Made by a program: the position numbers and the translations under genes. Positions 22,847 to 34,969 of a stretch of 64,000 nt of DNA are shown piece after piece. The stretch is taken from contig RSEE01000135.1 of the NCBI GenBank assembly GCA_003971905.1, positions 62,001-126,000 of the forward strand, given 5' to 3'. The notes beneath the pieces are model-generated. The model ran no database searches. It saw only the letters and a list, made by a program, of their open reading frames with translations, and was not told the origin of the DNA. Source of the DNA: Moniliella sp. 'wahieum' (taxonomy: Eukaryota). Numbering within the stretch: the first letter of the stretch is position 1; each line of letters starts with the position of its first letter.

Positions 22847-24772
22847 ACCTGGCCCTGCATGCCTGGAACTTGCCCCCTCACGCTGAGGCTCTGGCTGAGG
22901 GCTAAGGCTCCCATCTCCCTCTGTCGATCTCTTGTTGTACTTGGTTGCTGTTGTGCTTCTCGCCGGGCCCCGCGCTCGGCTCATCACGGGCCGTGCTGTG
23001 CTGTGGTATGTTGTGGTGTGGGGTTGTCTAATCCTCACATCATTGGATCATTGACATCAAGATCCCACCTCGTCGTACCTCCGTATCTCTGCTCCGTACC
23101 TGCGGATCTCCATATTTCCCATCCATCGTCATCGTCTTGCATGCATCTTCGTTTCCTTCATGCCACCCTCCCCCCCCCCCCCTCATAGCAGGCAGACCCC
23201 GCGGCTGATGCGTCCCAGCGTGTCCATCTGTGTTGATTGTACGAGCACAGATGGAAAGCGGAGGGAACAATAGGGTATGGCTTACAGCTGGGTGCCTCTG
23301 GGCAATTGACTGGTGCTGCCAGTTCAGTACTTGTGACTGACGTGACTGTAGCGGACCGTATTGGGTGGCATTGACAAATCTATAGCTTGAGTGTGGCATC
23401 GATGTATTGATTCGCTTCCCCGCGCTGGTACGCTCAGCGTTGAGGCTCAACTGAAAACGTCGCGCTGGCAGCGTCGGGCTGGTCACCCCCTGCCGTGGCG
23501 ACACCTCCCCCTCGTGACTGTCGTCCGATCAGGCCTCAACACGCTTATATTTACATCTCAGAGCCCGACAGGGGCTTATCGATATCCGTCGCGGGGGCAG
23601 TGCCTCGTGAAGCTTGAAGCTTGAAGCTTGAAGCTTGATTCAAATCGGAGGTCGAGGTCGGATTCCCCTGAGGCCCCCGAGGCCTGAGAAGGGGTGGCAC
23701 ATACAGTAGGACACAGTGCCGAAAGACAACCCAGCACCCCCACCCGCCGCGGACCGGGACCTGGGGGAAGGGTCGATCGGCCCTCAGTAGGGCACTCTAC
23801 GAGATTCACAGGCTTCATAAGCGTCACCGCCCAAGGCTATTTCTGCACCACGCGCAGGCCCCGGCGGGGAGAACACCTATAGGCTCAGCGGTTGATCTGA
23901 AATCGGTGGATTCGATATTTGGAAGAGACTAATCATCGATCAAAGCCCCCCACGTTCGACTGGGTTTGGGAGTGATGCGTTGATGTGGATGAGTGGGATG
24001 GGTCGGCGTTGGTGGCTGCCAAGCAATAGGAGGCGTTCTGCGCAACATTTGCCCAGGAGCGGTAGGTACTAGGCGGGGTTAACGCGTAACGCGTGGGCGC
24101 TGGTTGACGTGGATATAGGATACTAGCCACCGGGTATAAATGTTTAGCCGGACCAAGCACGGCGTCTGTCTCGTGGGGGGGTTGGTGGCTGCGTCGATCG
24201 TTCCGGCGGGAGGAGGGCCGGCGGACAGAGGGAGCGTGTGCGGGGCAACCAACAGGACCATCTACTATGTCCCATCCATCTCCCCACCCGCCCCCGACAG
24301 TGTTCCTCGCACCGTTCCTGCTCGCCGTGCTGCCCCATTGCGTGCATCCGTCGCGTCTTCACCCGCACAGCATGGCTCTCTGCGACCTGGTCCCCCAGCG
24401 CTCAAAACCTTAACAGCTCTCCCCTGGGGAGTGCTGCAGTGTGGCCCGCACGATCGACGAGATGGCGCGGTGCGGCGGATTGGGGTGAAAGTGCACACCA
24501 CGAGCCCCTGAAGTATTATTCATTGGACAAGGGAACGGACAAGCCAGGTCAAGCCACGGAAAGGAACTCCCTCTGCCCCCCAACTCGGGAGCCTTCAGTC
24601 AGTGGCATTAAACTGTACTAACTAGCTAGTGAGATGAGGCTTAATGAAGACCCCATCAATCTCCGCTCTGCTACTCACTGAACGCTGAACAGGTACAATT
24701 CAACGTTTTGCTGCGGGCACTGTCTTGCCCCCGCCCCTTCCCCATCCCTCTCCAACGCACTGTCGTCGCAAA

Positions 24773-24780
24773 TATATAAA
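24773..24780 (+). promoter_or_regulatory. TATA box upstream of the ADY2-like gene
   Basis: TATATAAA about 140 bp before ATG 24921, followed by a CT-rich leader. Confidence 0.55.
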
Positions 24781-24920
24781 CGTCCCACCACGCAGACAGC
24801 ATCCCCTCTCCGTATCTTTCCCTAAACGACCCCGTCTTCACGACCCCACCCTCTCCCTTCTTTCTGTATTACGACAATAACGACCCACCCTTCTTACGAC
24901 CCAACTTTTTCTCATCTCCA

Positions 24921-26020
24921 ATGCTGGCTCCACCGGACGACCACAAGACCGAGGACTTGGTCATGCACACCTCGGACCTGTCTCATCACCTCGTTGACGA
25001 GGCGGGCGAAGGGGTCTTCCCTTCCGCCCTCGCTCATCCCACCCCTCGTCGTGCCGGCACAGCGGGCGACGTGGAGCGCCAGGCCGGAATGCAGCCGCTC
25101 ACACGCGCGCTGACCGCCGGCGGACATCTCATCGATTCTTCCCACCCGGGGTTTCAGGTGTACCATCGATGTAAGTCTGACTTGTGCCGTCGTCGTTTTC
25201 TCTTTTTGTTTGGAGTGGGGTGGTGGGATGTTGTGCCTCTGCTGTTGCTGATGAGAACAAGGGGGGGGGCATTCCCCCTGATCTCTGTGCCTCCACATGG
25301 TTGGGTGCCAGAGGGACGGGTGGGGAGAGACCACGAGAGGAGAGAGAGGCGAAAGTGGTAGAAGAATATTATGACTGACGCGCGAGTGTTCTTGTTTCTG
25401 TGTGTGCTTATTCGTTTTTTCTGTTTTTTGTTTCACAGCGCTGGGTGACCCTAACGCGTCGGGCTCACCATGTTTGCCGTGACGACGCTCGTGCTATCGC
25501 TGATGAACGTTGGCGCGCGCAACATCCACCACTCGCAAGTCATTGCGCCCCTCGCGCTCTGTTCGGGCGGCCTGGCGCAGTTGCTGGCCGGCATGTGGGC
25601 GTTTGCGGCGGGCTCGACGTTTTCCGGGACGGCGTTCACGGCGTACGGCGGGTATTGGATGGGGTACGGCCTGCTCTACTGGCCCGCGGCCGGGATCACA
25701 GGGAGCGTGCCGGAGGAAGAACTGAGGGGCTACGTGGCGCTGCTGCTGTTTGCGTGGATGATCATGTCGGGGATGCTGGCTGGCAGCGTTGCGCGCGTCC
25801 GTGTCGCTGTTGCTGGTGTTTGTGTTTGTGACACCCACCTTTGCCCTCCTCGCGGCGTCGAACCTGGCGCACGGCGTGCGGAGCGAACGCCTGCAGCTGG
25901 CCGGCGGCGCGTTGGGCATCGTGACGGCGGCGTGGCGTGGTACAGGGCGCCAGTGCGCTCTACAGCCCGGCGACGACGCCGTTTGTGCTGCCGGTGGGCG
26001 ACCTGAGTCGGCACGACTAG
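24921..26020 (+). CDS. GPR1/FUN34/YaaH (ADY2/ATO/SatP) acetate transporter; intron 25171-25438
   Basis: LTRALTAGGH..D..P.F.VYHR, GL..FAVTTLVLSL.N, GGLAQLLAGMWAF..G.TF.GTAF..YGG.W, AGG.LGI.TA..AWY, LPVGDLS. Confidence 0.9.
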
Positions 26021-29000
26021 GCGAGAGACAGCGTGGAGGGGGCGGAGGAATGGATGCGAGATGCGATCTCCGTTTGGGAGCGGAAAGGAGGCGGCAGCGG
26101 GTTGGAAAGTAGGGACAAAAAAAAAGTAGGGAAAAAGTATAATACTGGTACGTATACGCTTGTTTGGGCGCGCATTGACAGCTCGGGTGGCAAAATCTCA
26201 CCTCAACAAAAAAGAGCGGCATGCCCAGTGGGGGGGTAAACTCTTTTGTTGGCTCCGTGCAGGGGATATAACCACTGCTATTCGTATTTTCTGTCGGCTG
26301 CGGCTCGTTGGGGGGTTGTACTATTCTAACATCCCCATCCTATGATGCCCCTCCCCCAGCCGAGGACACACACCGCCTTCTCCGCCGCCTTCGTCCGCCA
26401 CCGGGCCCGCCCTCACGTCGCCGCGCGGGCTGCCGTCCCGTGCTGGCCGGCGTGCCGCCCTCGCGCGCCCCCGCGCCGCCGCCCACCAACACGCCGCCCC
26501 ACAGACGCCTGCTCCGAAAGGCCGCCTCCACCCCCCACGACCTCCTCGCGCCCTCTTTTCCTCTCCCCGCCGCGACGACGCCAGCGGCGCAGCCGCGGTG
26601 CGAGTCTCCCTCTCCCCATGCATCAGGCTGCACCGCTCGTTGGATGTCGACCGCCAAAACGAGCATGAGGATGGGAGGATGGCAGGCTGGACGATGCACC
26701 GCCGCCGCCGATCTCTGCCTCCCCGAGCTCATTCTGGGCGGCTTGGTGCGCTCTTGCACGCCGGAAACCCTTCTTCGCAGTCCCAGCTCCACTTCCAACA
26801 GTCTCCCTCTGTCTCCAAGGGGAAGCCGCGAGTGTGGATCAGCGGGACCAGGGAGTAAATGACACCTGGACAGCGTGCCGTTGCCCCTTCCTGACATGCC
26901 TCAGCAGGCCTCTGCATCGGCCGACGTCGCCCCACCCGCCTCAAGACTTAGGACAACGAGCACCTCGCCGGAGGAAAAGTCGGACGTTGATTTTTTTGGC
27001 TTCCCGCCTGCGCACCTACCCCTCAATCCCCGCTCCGTCCAGGAAAAACACCCCGCCCAGGGCACATACCGAAACATGCTCTGCCTTCTTCTGTCCCGCA
27101 AGATCCCTGGGGCCTTCCGACTTCTTCCTCTGTCACCACCGGCGCGCGACGGGGGACAGCCAGCCTCCTCTTCCCGGGGGAGACAACCAACCGTTGTCCT
27201 CTGGCGTCCTCTCACCCTCGAAACTGGTTTGGGACCAACACCACCCACCCCAAGAAGGGTAAGCCTACTCTCCGCGCTCCCACAAACCTTCTGCCCATTT
27301 CCTCATCCAATTCGACGACGGCATCTACCCCAACCAAGGCGGCACCAAAAATCACCCCCCTCGCCTTCCGCCCCCATGTCCCCACGAGAGCAGGAAAGAA
27401 AAGAACACACACAACAAGGAGGACAGAAACAAGAACAAGAACAAACGAAAATGGCATCTCCCTCCCCTCCTACCGTGAGATCTTACGTCCGCTGTGCCCC
27501 TCCGGGGTGGAGGTAGGTCCGCCCCCGTCCAATGACGAGGTGCAAGCGGCCCAGCTTGGACATTGGTCCTGCATTCGCGTGCTCAGGCCTGGCCCAACCA
27601 CGCAACTGTTCACCATGGAGTCCTCGGTTCATGCTGCGGTCAACTTTGCCGTCACCCAAGACCTAATGTTGATTGAGGTACGTCATTTTACTCTCACCCT
27701 CGTCCGCCTTCTACCACTCTCGGAGCCCTCTGTGTCTATACCAGAGGCCAAGATAGACGGATAGGGAGGACATACCACGCTTCCTACCAATGACCTTGTG
27801 TCGGTAACTTTTTTCCTGCCAACCTCGTCTGGCAGGATGCCATCAATGCCCGCTGCACGCCCTCTTTGCCACCGCGCGGGATCTGGCTTCGTCCAGCCAG
27901 ATACCTTCAGTACGCTTCGCCGCCCCTGCCCCGCCGCCCCCGCTCACCCTCGGCCCTATCGCCCTCGTCGCCCACTCATCAGGTGGAGTCTGGACCCCAT
28001 TCGCCCTCACCTCCATCTCTTCTCCGCCTCCACCGCCTCCCTTACCCCCGGATCGAGCACCCTCGCTCCCCTCCCCGCAGGAAACGCGCGTAACTCTCAT
28101 ATCTGTTCACCTTTCATCTTTCACCGTTCACCTTTCCCCTTTCACCATTCACCTTCTCCTCCCTCCTCCGCTTTAGTAGTCCTCTTCCATCCTTTCCTCT
28201 ACTCATCCACCACATGAAAAGGAAGCTTGCCCTGCGCCGCCTGCATCGTAGCATAATCCAAAACTAGTATTCCTGAATCCCTGTGAGAAACCAATGCGAG
28301 ACCATTTATTCTTATGTTGTGTGTCGAAGGGGCATACCTTGCATTGGTCATTACCACTTGGGCGGGGAAGGGCGGGAAGGCGGGGGGGATCCTTATAGAA
28401 ACCTTCCGCTTGTTAGCGTGGAGAAATGCGGATGCGAAGGATGTATAGACGACGCTGTGTCCACTGACAGCCAGAGAGGCCACAACTTTCGTGTCATGTT
28501 CCCTTCCTCTCTTATCTCCATGACTTGTGGATTTAGCTTCTCTCGCTGATTTTGCTCTACCTTTCGCCTTCCTACCTAATTCCTGACCGTGTACGTCTTG
28601 CGATCCTGTCTTTTCTCTCCAGACCGGTGACTTCCTGAGTTCAGCGCAAAGGACGCTTCTTTCCCTCAATACTTCGTACGCCTCCGCGCTTATTATTATA
28701 CTCACTTCAGCAACCATTCAAGCAACGAGGCAAATGCGAGTACTCAAGGGGCGATCACAGTGCAGGATACTAGGTGGGACAAGTCCTCAGCCTGCATCAT
28801 CGAGCATCATCGCCCTCACGCATGTGACTTTGGATGATCCTAAATTGAGCGGCGATAAGGCCTAAGGATAAGCATATTGGGTCGTTATAGAAAAAAAGCC
28901 GTTATCGCAGTCGCTCTAGAAATTACCCGCTTATGACTGACCAACTTAGCTCGGTCCATCTTTTCATTCTGTATCATCTTACCCCCCCCCCCCTCCATGG

Positions 29001-29279
29001 AGCTCAAGCTGAGGCCCACCTTTCTTTCATTCTATAGGTGGTGTACTGGAATACGACACCTCTCTTATAAAACTACGCCTCAACGAGGCAGTCTTCATTT
29101 AGATATCCCCACCCAGATCTCCTCCCATCCCCACATCCCTCCCAATATAGAAGGCCATCCTCTCGTCTCTCCCTTTTTTCCCTTCCTTCATGACTGCCTC
29201 ACCCGCTTCTATCGCCTTTTCTACTGCGCACCACCAGCTCCTGCTGGAAAGTGGCGGCAGTTGGCCTCCCAAACCATCC

Positions 29280-30515
29280 TATGAATTTCCCGACGGGCCA
29301 CTTCGCACCCTGCATCATCTGTGCCTCGAAGCGCCCGACGTGGTGTGCAAGACGATGGACATGACCAAGTCACTCCCGATAAGTTTGGTCCCAATCGGCG
29401 TTGGATCGAGGACCGTCTTCCTCCTGTCATGGCAACCATGGAGGCCATCAAGAAGCTCGACCAGAACCAGCTCCTCGGGATCTCCGGCACGGTCGCCGTC
29501 CTGGCTCACCTCTACCGGTACGCTTTATGTTCTCCTTTCCGCATATATGACTTCCGGATTCCTCCAACGGTTACAACTTGGTGCAAGGAGATAGAATAGG
29601 AAGGGTAACACTTACTTACTAATTTTGCCATTGCATATACATACAGGTGGGGGACAATCCCGACTCTATCGGAATCAAGAAGACACTCAGTCTTCTTTGC
29701 CGGATACTCTCTTGTTCGCCATGCTTTACCTCAACTCCCGTCTTGGGCTTCACACCACGGGGGGGACGGTCAGCACGATCTATTACAACAATTGGAACTA
29801 CGCTGAAGACCGAATTGAGTATCCTTTTGGGGAAAACGTGCGTACATGTGGCTATAATCGCGCTCGCCCAGCACCTGTGCAACCGCAAAACGATATTGTT
29901 CCCTGACTCTTTCTGTTGATCTCACAGTTTGACCAAGCTTGTCAAGACGCCGAACACTGGACTGCCAAGTTGTTTATTACCATGGAGGAACTGGCTGCGC
30001 CTCTGTACGCCTGCCTTCCCCGTTTTGCCGCCGAGTTGGAGGAGGGAAAAGACACGGCATTGCAAGAAGGAGTAGCTGCTATCAAGGCATCGTTTGCCTA
30101 CTTTTACAAAAACGTCAAGGCCGACGTGATCAAGAAGGATATCTGGTCCCGCTTTGTGCAAGGGTTTTACGGTTGGGGATGGGACGACTGAGGGGCGTGT
30201 CGGCAACCAAGCGTTCATGGTACGTATGCGATGCCACTTGCATGTCCCCAACCCCGTTCGTCTACCCACCTCACCCAAGCTCAGCGCGCATTTGTCTGGG
30301 CTGGGTACGATGCCAACTTGCGTTCTTTGGCGGCACCTTTCCCTCAAGCCACCAGAGCCTCAACGAGCTCGTGCGGATGCCTGAAAACGTGGCGCATGGG
30401 GCACTCCAAGAAGGCATACTACTATGTCGACATTGACCTTCCGGAACGCAAGCCCATGACTGGTGCCTATGGTATCGACGCTGACGTCGGACTCGATGGC
30501 ATGCTGGCCGCATGA
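29280..30515 (+). CDS. Tryptophan/indoleamine 2,3-dioxygenase-like (IDO/PrnB-like) heme protein, multi-exon, possibly degenerate; 5' end uncertain
   Basis: Spliced HLYR|WGTIP, LGL..GG, E...F..MEE.A.PLY, WSRFVQGFYGWG..EG.S.NQ, LKTWRMGH (candidate proximal His), PERKPMTG. Introns ~29518-29646 and ~29838-29928. Family assignment is from remembered motifs. Confidence 0.65.
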
Positions 30516-33500
30516 GTGCCCGCCTCAAGCTTCGCACCTTCTTGACTACCTGAGAGAGTCGTACCAGGAAGTCGAGCTTGTGGGACGCAAAGACCAGGTG
30601 GAAGGTCGCCTCTGTTTGCTTTTTTTGGTGTAATGCCATTGGATGTGATATGATGTTGAACGCGCGGAGCAAGCTGGCCGCTCGAGGAAAATAAGATGCC
30701 TCCGCGAGAAATATTGTGAAAAGGAGGCCAGAAGGATGTCGTCATGGTTAAATCCACAACCCGATGGATTTTTGGTTTTCGACTTCGTTGCTTGTATTCC
30801 CTCTCTTTTGGGCTCCCGTATTTTTGAGCACAACTTATTTAGGTCCCTCCTCCCTTGTTGGGGCACGTCTGACCATACCGCTGTACTCCATTCACCCTCT
30901 TCAGATAGGCGCGTTGGGGAAGTTGCCCTATAGGGGCTGACATGGATGAATCCGTACCCTCTCCATTGCGCTTGCAGAGTGCGACTTTTGACTTTGGGGA
31001 TCATAAGGGATTGGCTGGGCTGAAAGGAAGCCTTCGGATAAGGCGTAACATCGATGAGCTACTGAGGTCTTCAAGCATGTTCATGCTGCGCCGATGAGTT
31101 GTGTGCTACAGTGGTGACATACGCCCAGTGAGTGGCACTGCAGCAGCTGTGTTCTCATTATTTTCTTCTTCTCCCTTCCTGTGAATCAGAGCATAGTTCT
31201 GGCGAGATCTATGTATGCAGTTAGTGAATGCTATCCCTTTACCGCATTTATTCCCAGTTAGCAGCAAAATCTTTCGGAAGGGAAATTGACAGAGAGCTCA
31301 TAAGGGAAATGAAGCGACGTCCTGGGGCAGGGCCTGCCAGTACAAGCAGAACTGTTCCACCTGACTACGCGAATACTCTTTTCACAGGTGAATGTAAAAG
31401 ACGTCTGTGGTTCGGGTAGGTGCCAATTGTCTAGGCAATTCCGGTGATGAAAGCAGCGTCTCCAGTGTACCGCATAGGGCAGGATATGCCATGGGGCAGA
31501 GCATCGTATACGGAAAGGTATCGGGGAGCAGCAAGAAGGTTTACTCACTGGAGGATATATACTGTCTGGAGAACCATCAAAAGCTGAAGCAAGACAATCT
31601 TTTTCTCTACCGTATGCATCACGACCATCTATCTGCCATTCAACACCACATCCGCAGTCGATCGGTGCTAAGATCGATCCAGTGGGCAGTATTCCCGTCA
31701 CTCAAGTGCCTCAACATTCGTGCGTATTCTCCCTTTATTGTCCGACACCTCTCGGTCCTGGGTTCGTCTATTGCCCACCTTGATCTTCTGTACATCCGAA
31801 GGATCACTCACGGATAGGGCCCCATTCATTTTCATTCTTAGCTCATTTAGTCCTCCACCGGTATAACAGACACATTAACCTCCTTGCGATTATCACCGCC
31901 AAATGGACATCTCACTTTTTTCTTCTTTATGCCGCTTTTGCCACCCTCACAAATGAGTGCCTAAGGAAATTTCTGGAGTGGACTTGCACAAGTCATGGAA
32001 TGTCAAACAAATTCAATGGACGTCACCTGCCTCAAAATATTGGTGGAACTGGCGCTAAATCTGGTTGGTGGAACTGAGGTTAAATATGCCGCATACAATG
32101 GAGGGTAACCTGCTTCCTGCGTTCTGTCGAAGTACATTTCGGAATAGACTACTGTAATTCGTTTCAATAGTTATCGTTTCAATAGTTGCGGTATCACATT
32201 GTTATGGCATCCTGCTCATGTCAAGCAAATGACCGGTGTCAATATGGCGCGTACCCGACTTGCGTACGCGGTTGGCGTGATACCTATCCCACTTTTCATC
32301 TTGCTCAAACTATCCCCTCTATTGTGTTGAGTGCCTTTTGATAGATTGGCACATTGGGTTTGAAACTGATAATAATTGACCGAACCCTTATTAACAAGGA
32401 TGTTTAATCCCCATCCGCAATCCTTGGCTTTAGTGACGTTCTTTCGGGGAAGGATCTCGAAGCCTGTATCCAGTGACCTGACCTCTGGGTTGATATGATT
32501 GAATATTCGTGGACATTTCCAACGTTACTGCAACGCAAATCGAATCTAAATGTCTGTGCTGCAACCATATCATTGACCTGCGACAAAGAAGCCCTGCCCT
32601 AAATCGACCCATTTTTGTTAGCTGTGAGAGCCAACTCCAATTAAGGAACTGGGAAAATTGCAAAGAGAGCGGGACTCTCCGGTGCCCGTCATCCGAGCTC
32701 ATATCGGGGCAGACGCGTTTGGATACGGATGAACGGCATAGGCATCCCGATGGTGAACCATGTCTTTTGAGAATCAGCAGTCAATTTCTTCCAGTGTTCC
32801 CAAACAGCTTGCCCGCTTATTGTAATGACATAGTACCCTCGTGTGGTCGAAACCAAGGGGTAAACTGCTCTTGGCTGCGGCACAGGTACTTGACATGGGT
32901 GATCTCTATTCTCAAAGGCTGCTATGTTAATTGTCGTCGTTGCGCATTTTGTTTCAGGGTCACACACGGTGAATCGACATGTACTAGGACGGAGTGACCC
33001 TGCACGGCTGCTGGAAAGATTTTGCTCAGGTCCCTGGAAGCAACGCGGATTAGGGCTCTACAGGGCGACTTCAATTCTATGCCATATCCTCTTTGAGAAT
33101 ACAATCCCTTTACATCGTTTGCAGACGTTCATCGTCACTCCAAGCAAATCCACAGGATCATTCTGGAGGAAGAAACGTGCGCGTTTAGCATTTAACCTGT
33201 GTAAGCAATCCATTCGAAATGATCAGGGCTACGAGGGTATTGTTAGCCCGTTGGGTCAGCTGAGTCCAACGAGTCCAAAAGATTCTAGATCAACTAGCTG
33301 AATGAATCAACAGACGGTACATGGATGGGAAAATTCGCTAGGTCCCATGGATCTCCTATAAGTCGGTATTGCTGAGTAGGGTACATGGGTGGTGAATATA
33401 CGGCCTGAGGTGTCGCAAGAAAATAACGTTTTGGCCTCTGTCAGAATTACCCTTGAGCACAGCTTGTATCAGCTGTGCTTCGAGAATGCATCCCTTTTTA

Positions 33501-33911
33501 ATTCTAGTACTAGTCCCGCCTGTAGTCTCTGTATGAGTCACCTTCCCGCTTGACAAAAGACAACGCTCACAAGAAGACTACGCCTTAGTATTCTTCGTTT
33601 TTGTGTTCAGCTCAGAGTTTGCTCTGCACTCTATGATGAGCGTGTGGCATTGGTCTGGCGAAGGTAGGTTTATTGTGATAGGAGCGCATCTGCCCGCTCA
33701 TCCACCCGGGCCCATGTCAAATCGGACATCTCGCGCAGGAGCATCTCTTCAACCACTTCCATATCGTCCTTGGAGTCGTGGGCAGGGGGGCCAGAGGGAA
33801 CTGCGCTACACAGCGGATCACGAAAAGACATCATTTATGTTCAAGATATAAAATACCTTCAAAAATGTCAGAGGAGTAATTTGCCGCGGGTGAGGCAATT
33901 CTGTCAGCGGG

Positions 33912-34037
33912 CTGCAGGTCAGTGACGTCGTCGATGTCACCACCCTGAACGTCAGATATGTCCTCGATGTCATCCCCCTGCAGGTCAGTTATGTCGCCGA
34001 CGTCACCCCCTTGAACGTCAGAAATGTCATTGACGTG
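33912..34037. repeat. 33-bp tandem repeat, ~4 units alternating A/B (66-bp higher order)
   Basis: Units begin ctgcaggtcag (33912, 33978) and c/ttgaacgtcag (33945, 34011). Confidence 0.85.
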
Positions 34038-34595
34038 CCCATGGACGACGTATCTGACGAATCTGATCCTCCTATGCTCGCTCTTCCTGGGTTACTATTG
34101 GTATTACATTTTATAGTACTACTACTCATTCTAGCACGATGATCGAATGCAGTGCAATCGTCTTCGAGGGTACTTTTTTGCATTGCAATGGGTCAATATG
34201 GAGTTGGGGGCTTGCCATTGAGAGGTCTTTGGAATGTATAGCCGCCAAATCACTCTTCAGTCTCAGAGTCGTCTGTGCGGTCGTCGTCCTAGCCATCTGT
34301 GCCCTCTGCGCCAAAGAGGTTTACTGCAGTGCCTTCGTTGTCCCGTGCATCCTCCTCGTCTGTTATTTGTGCCCGGGTTACTGCGATGTGACGGAGAGGT
34401 GGGTGAGTTGTGCACGGGTCGCACGCCAGGCGGTACAAATTTCAGGGTTACCTTACGGAAGATGTGTGTCCGCAATGCCATAGAAATTCTCTCATCCACT
34501 CGTCCAGCCCAGTAGATAGCTTGCTGGGCGATGAGTGAAAAAAGTCAGATGACCTACTGATGGACGACAACGGGGTAGCGACGTATAATACTTAT

Positions 34596-34969
34596 TGTCA
34601 CGGGCGGGCGCCGCCAAGGGGCCCGCCCTGGGGATTTTGGGGTGCAATCCCTTGGGCGACGGTAGGTCGACTCACGGTAGTTTCGGGCTTAGGCTGATAG
34701 TTGGTGTGTCCGAGCGGAGCTATTAGGGACGAGGAGAGGCCTTTGGTGGGGCGGCTGCACGTGTGGCAAGGCTGCGTCTGCACCGGCTTGGGCCGTAGTA
34801 ACGTGTCTGAAGCCTCCGGGACTTAGGGACGGGAGGAGGAGACAGCGGCGGACAAACACTACCTCAACAGTGAGACTGGGAATCGACGCGGCCAGAGGAG
34901 GGCTCGCGCGACTGGACTGACGAATGGCTGGTGGACGAGGTCGGAGGAGAAGTCGGACGCGAACAAGAG
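34596..34969. mobile_element. Solo LTR-like dispersed repeat, family 2, truncated copy
   Basis: Begins TGTCACGGGCGGG and aligns along its length with 51422-51781, with scattered substitutions and indels. Confidence 0.8.
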
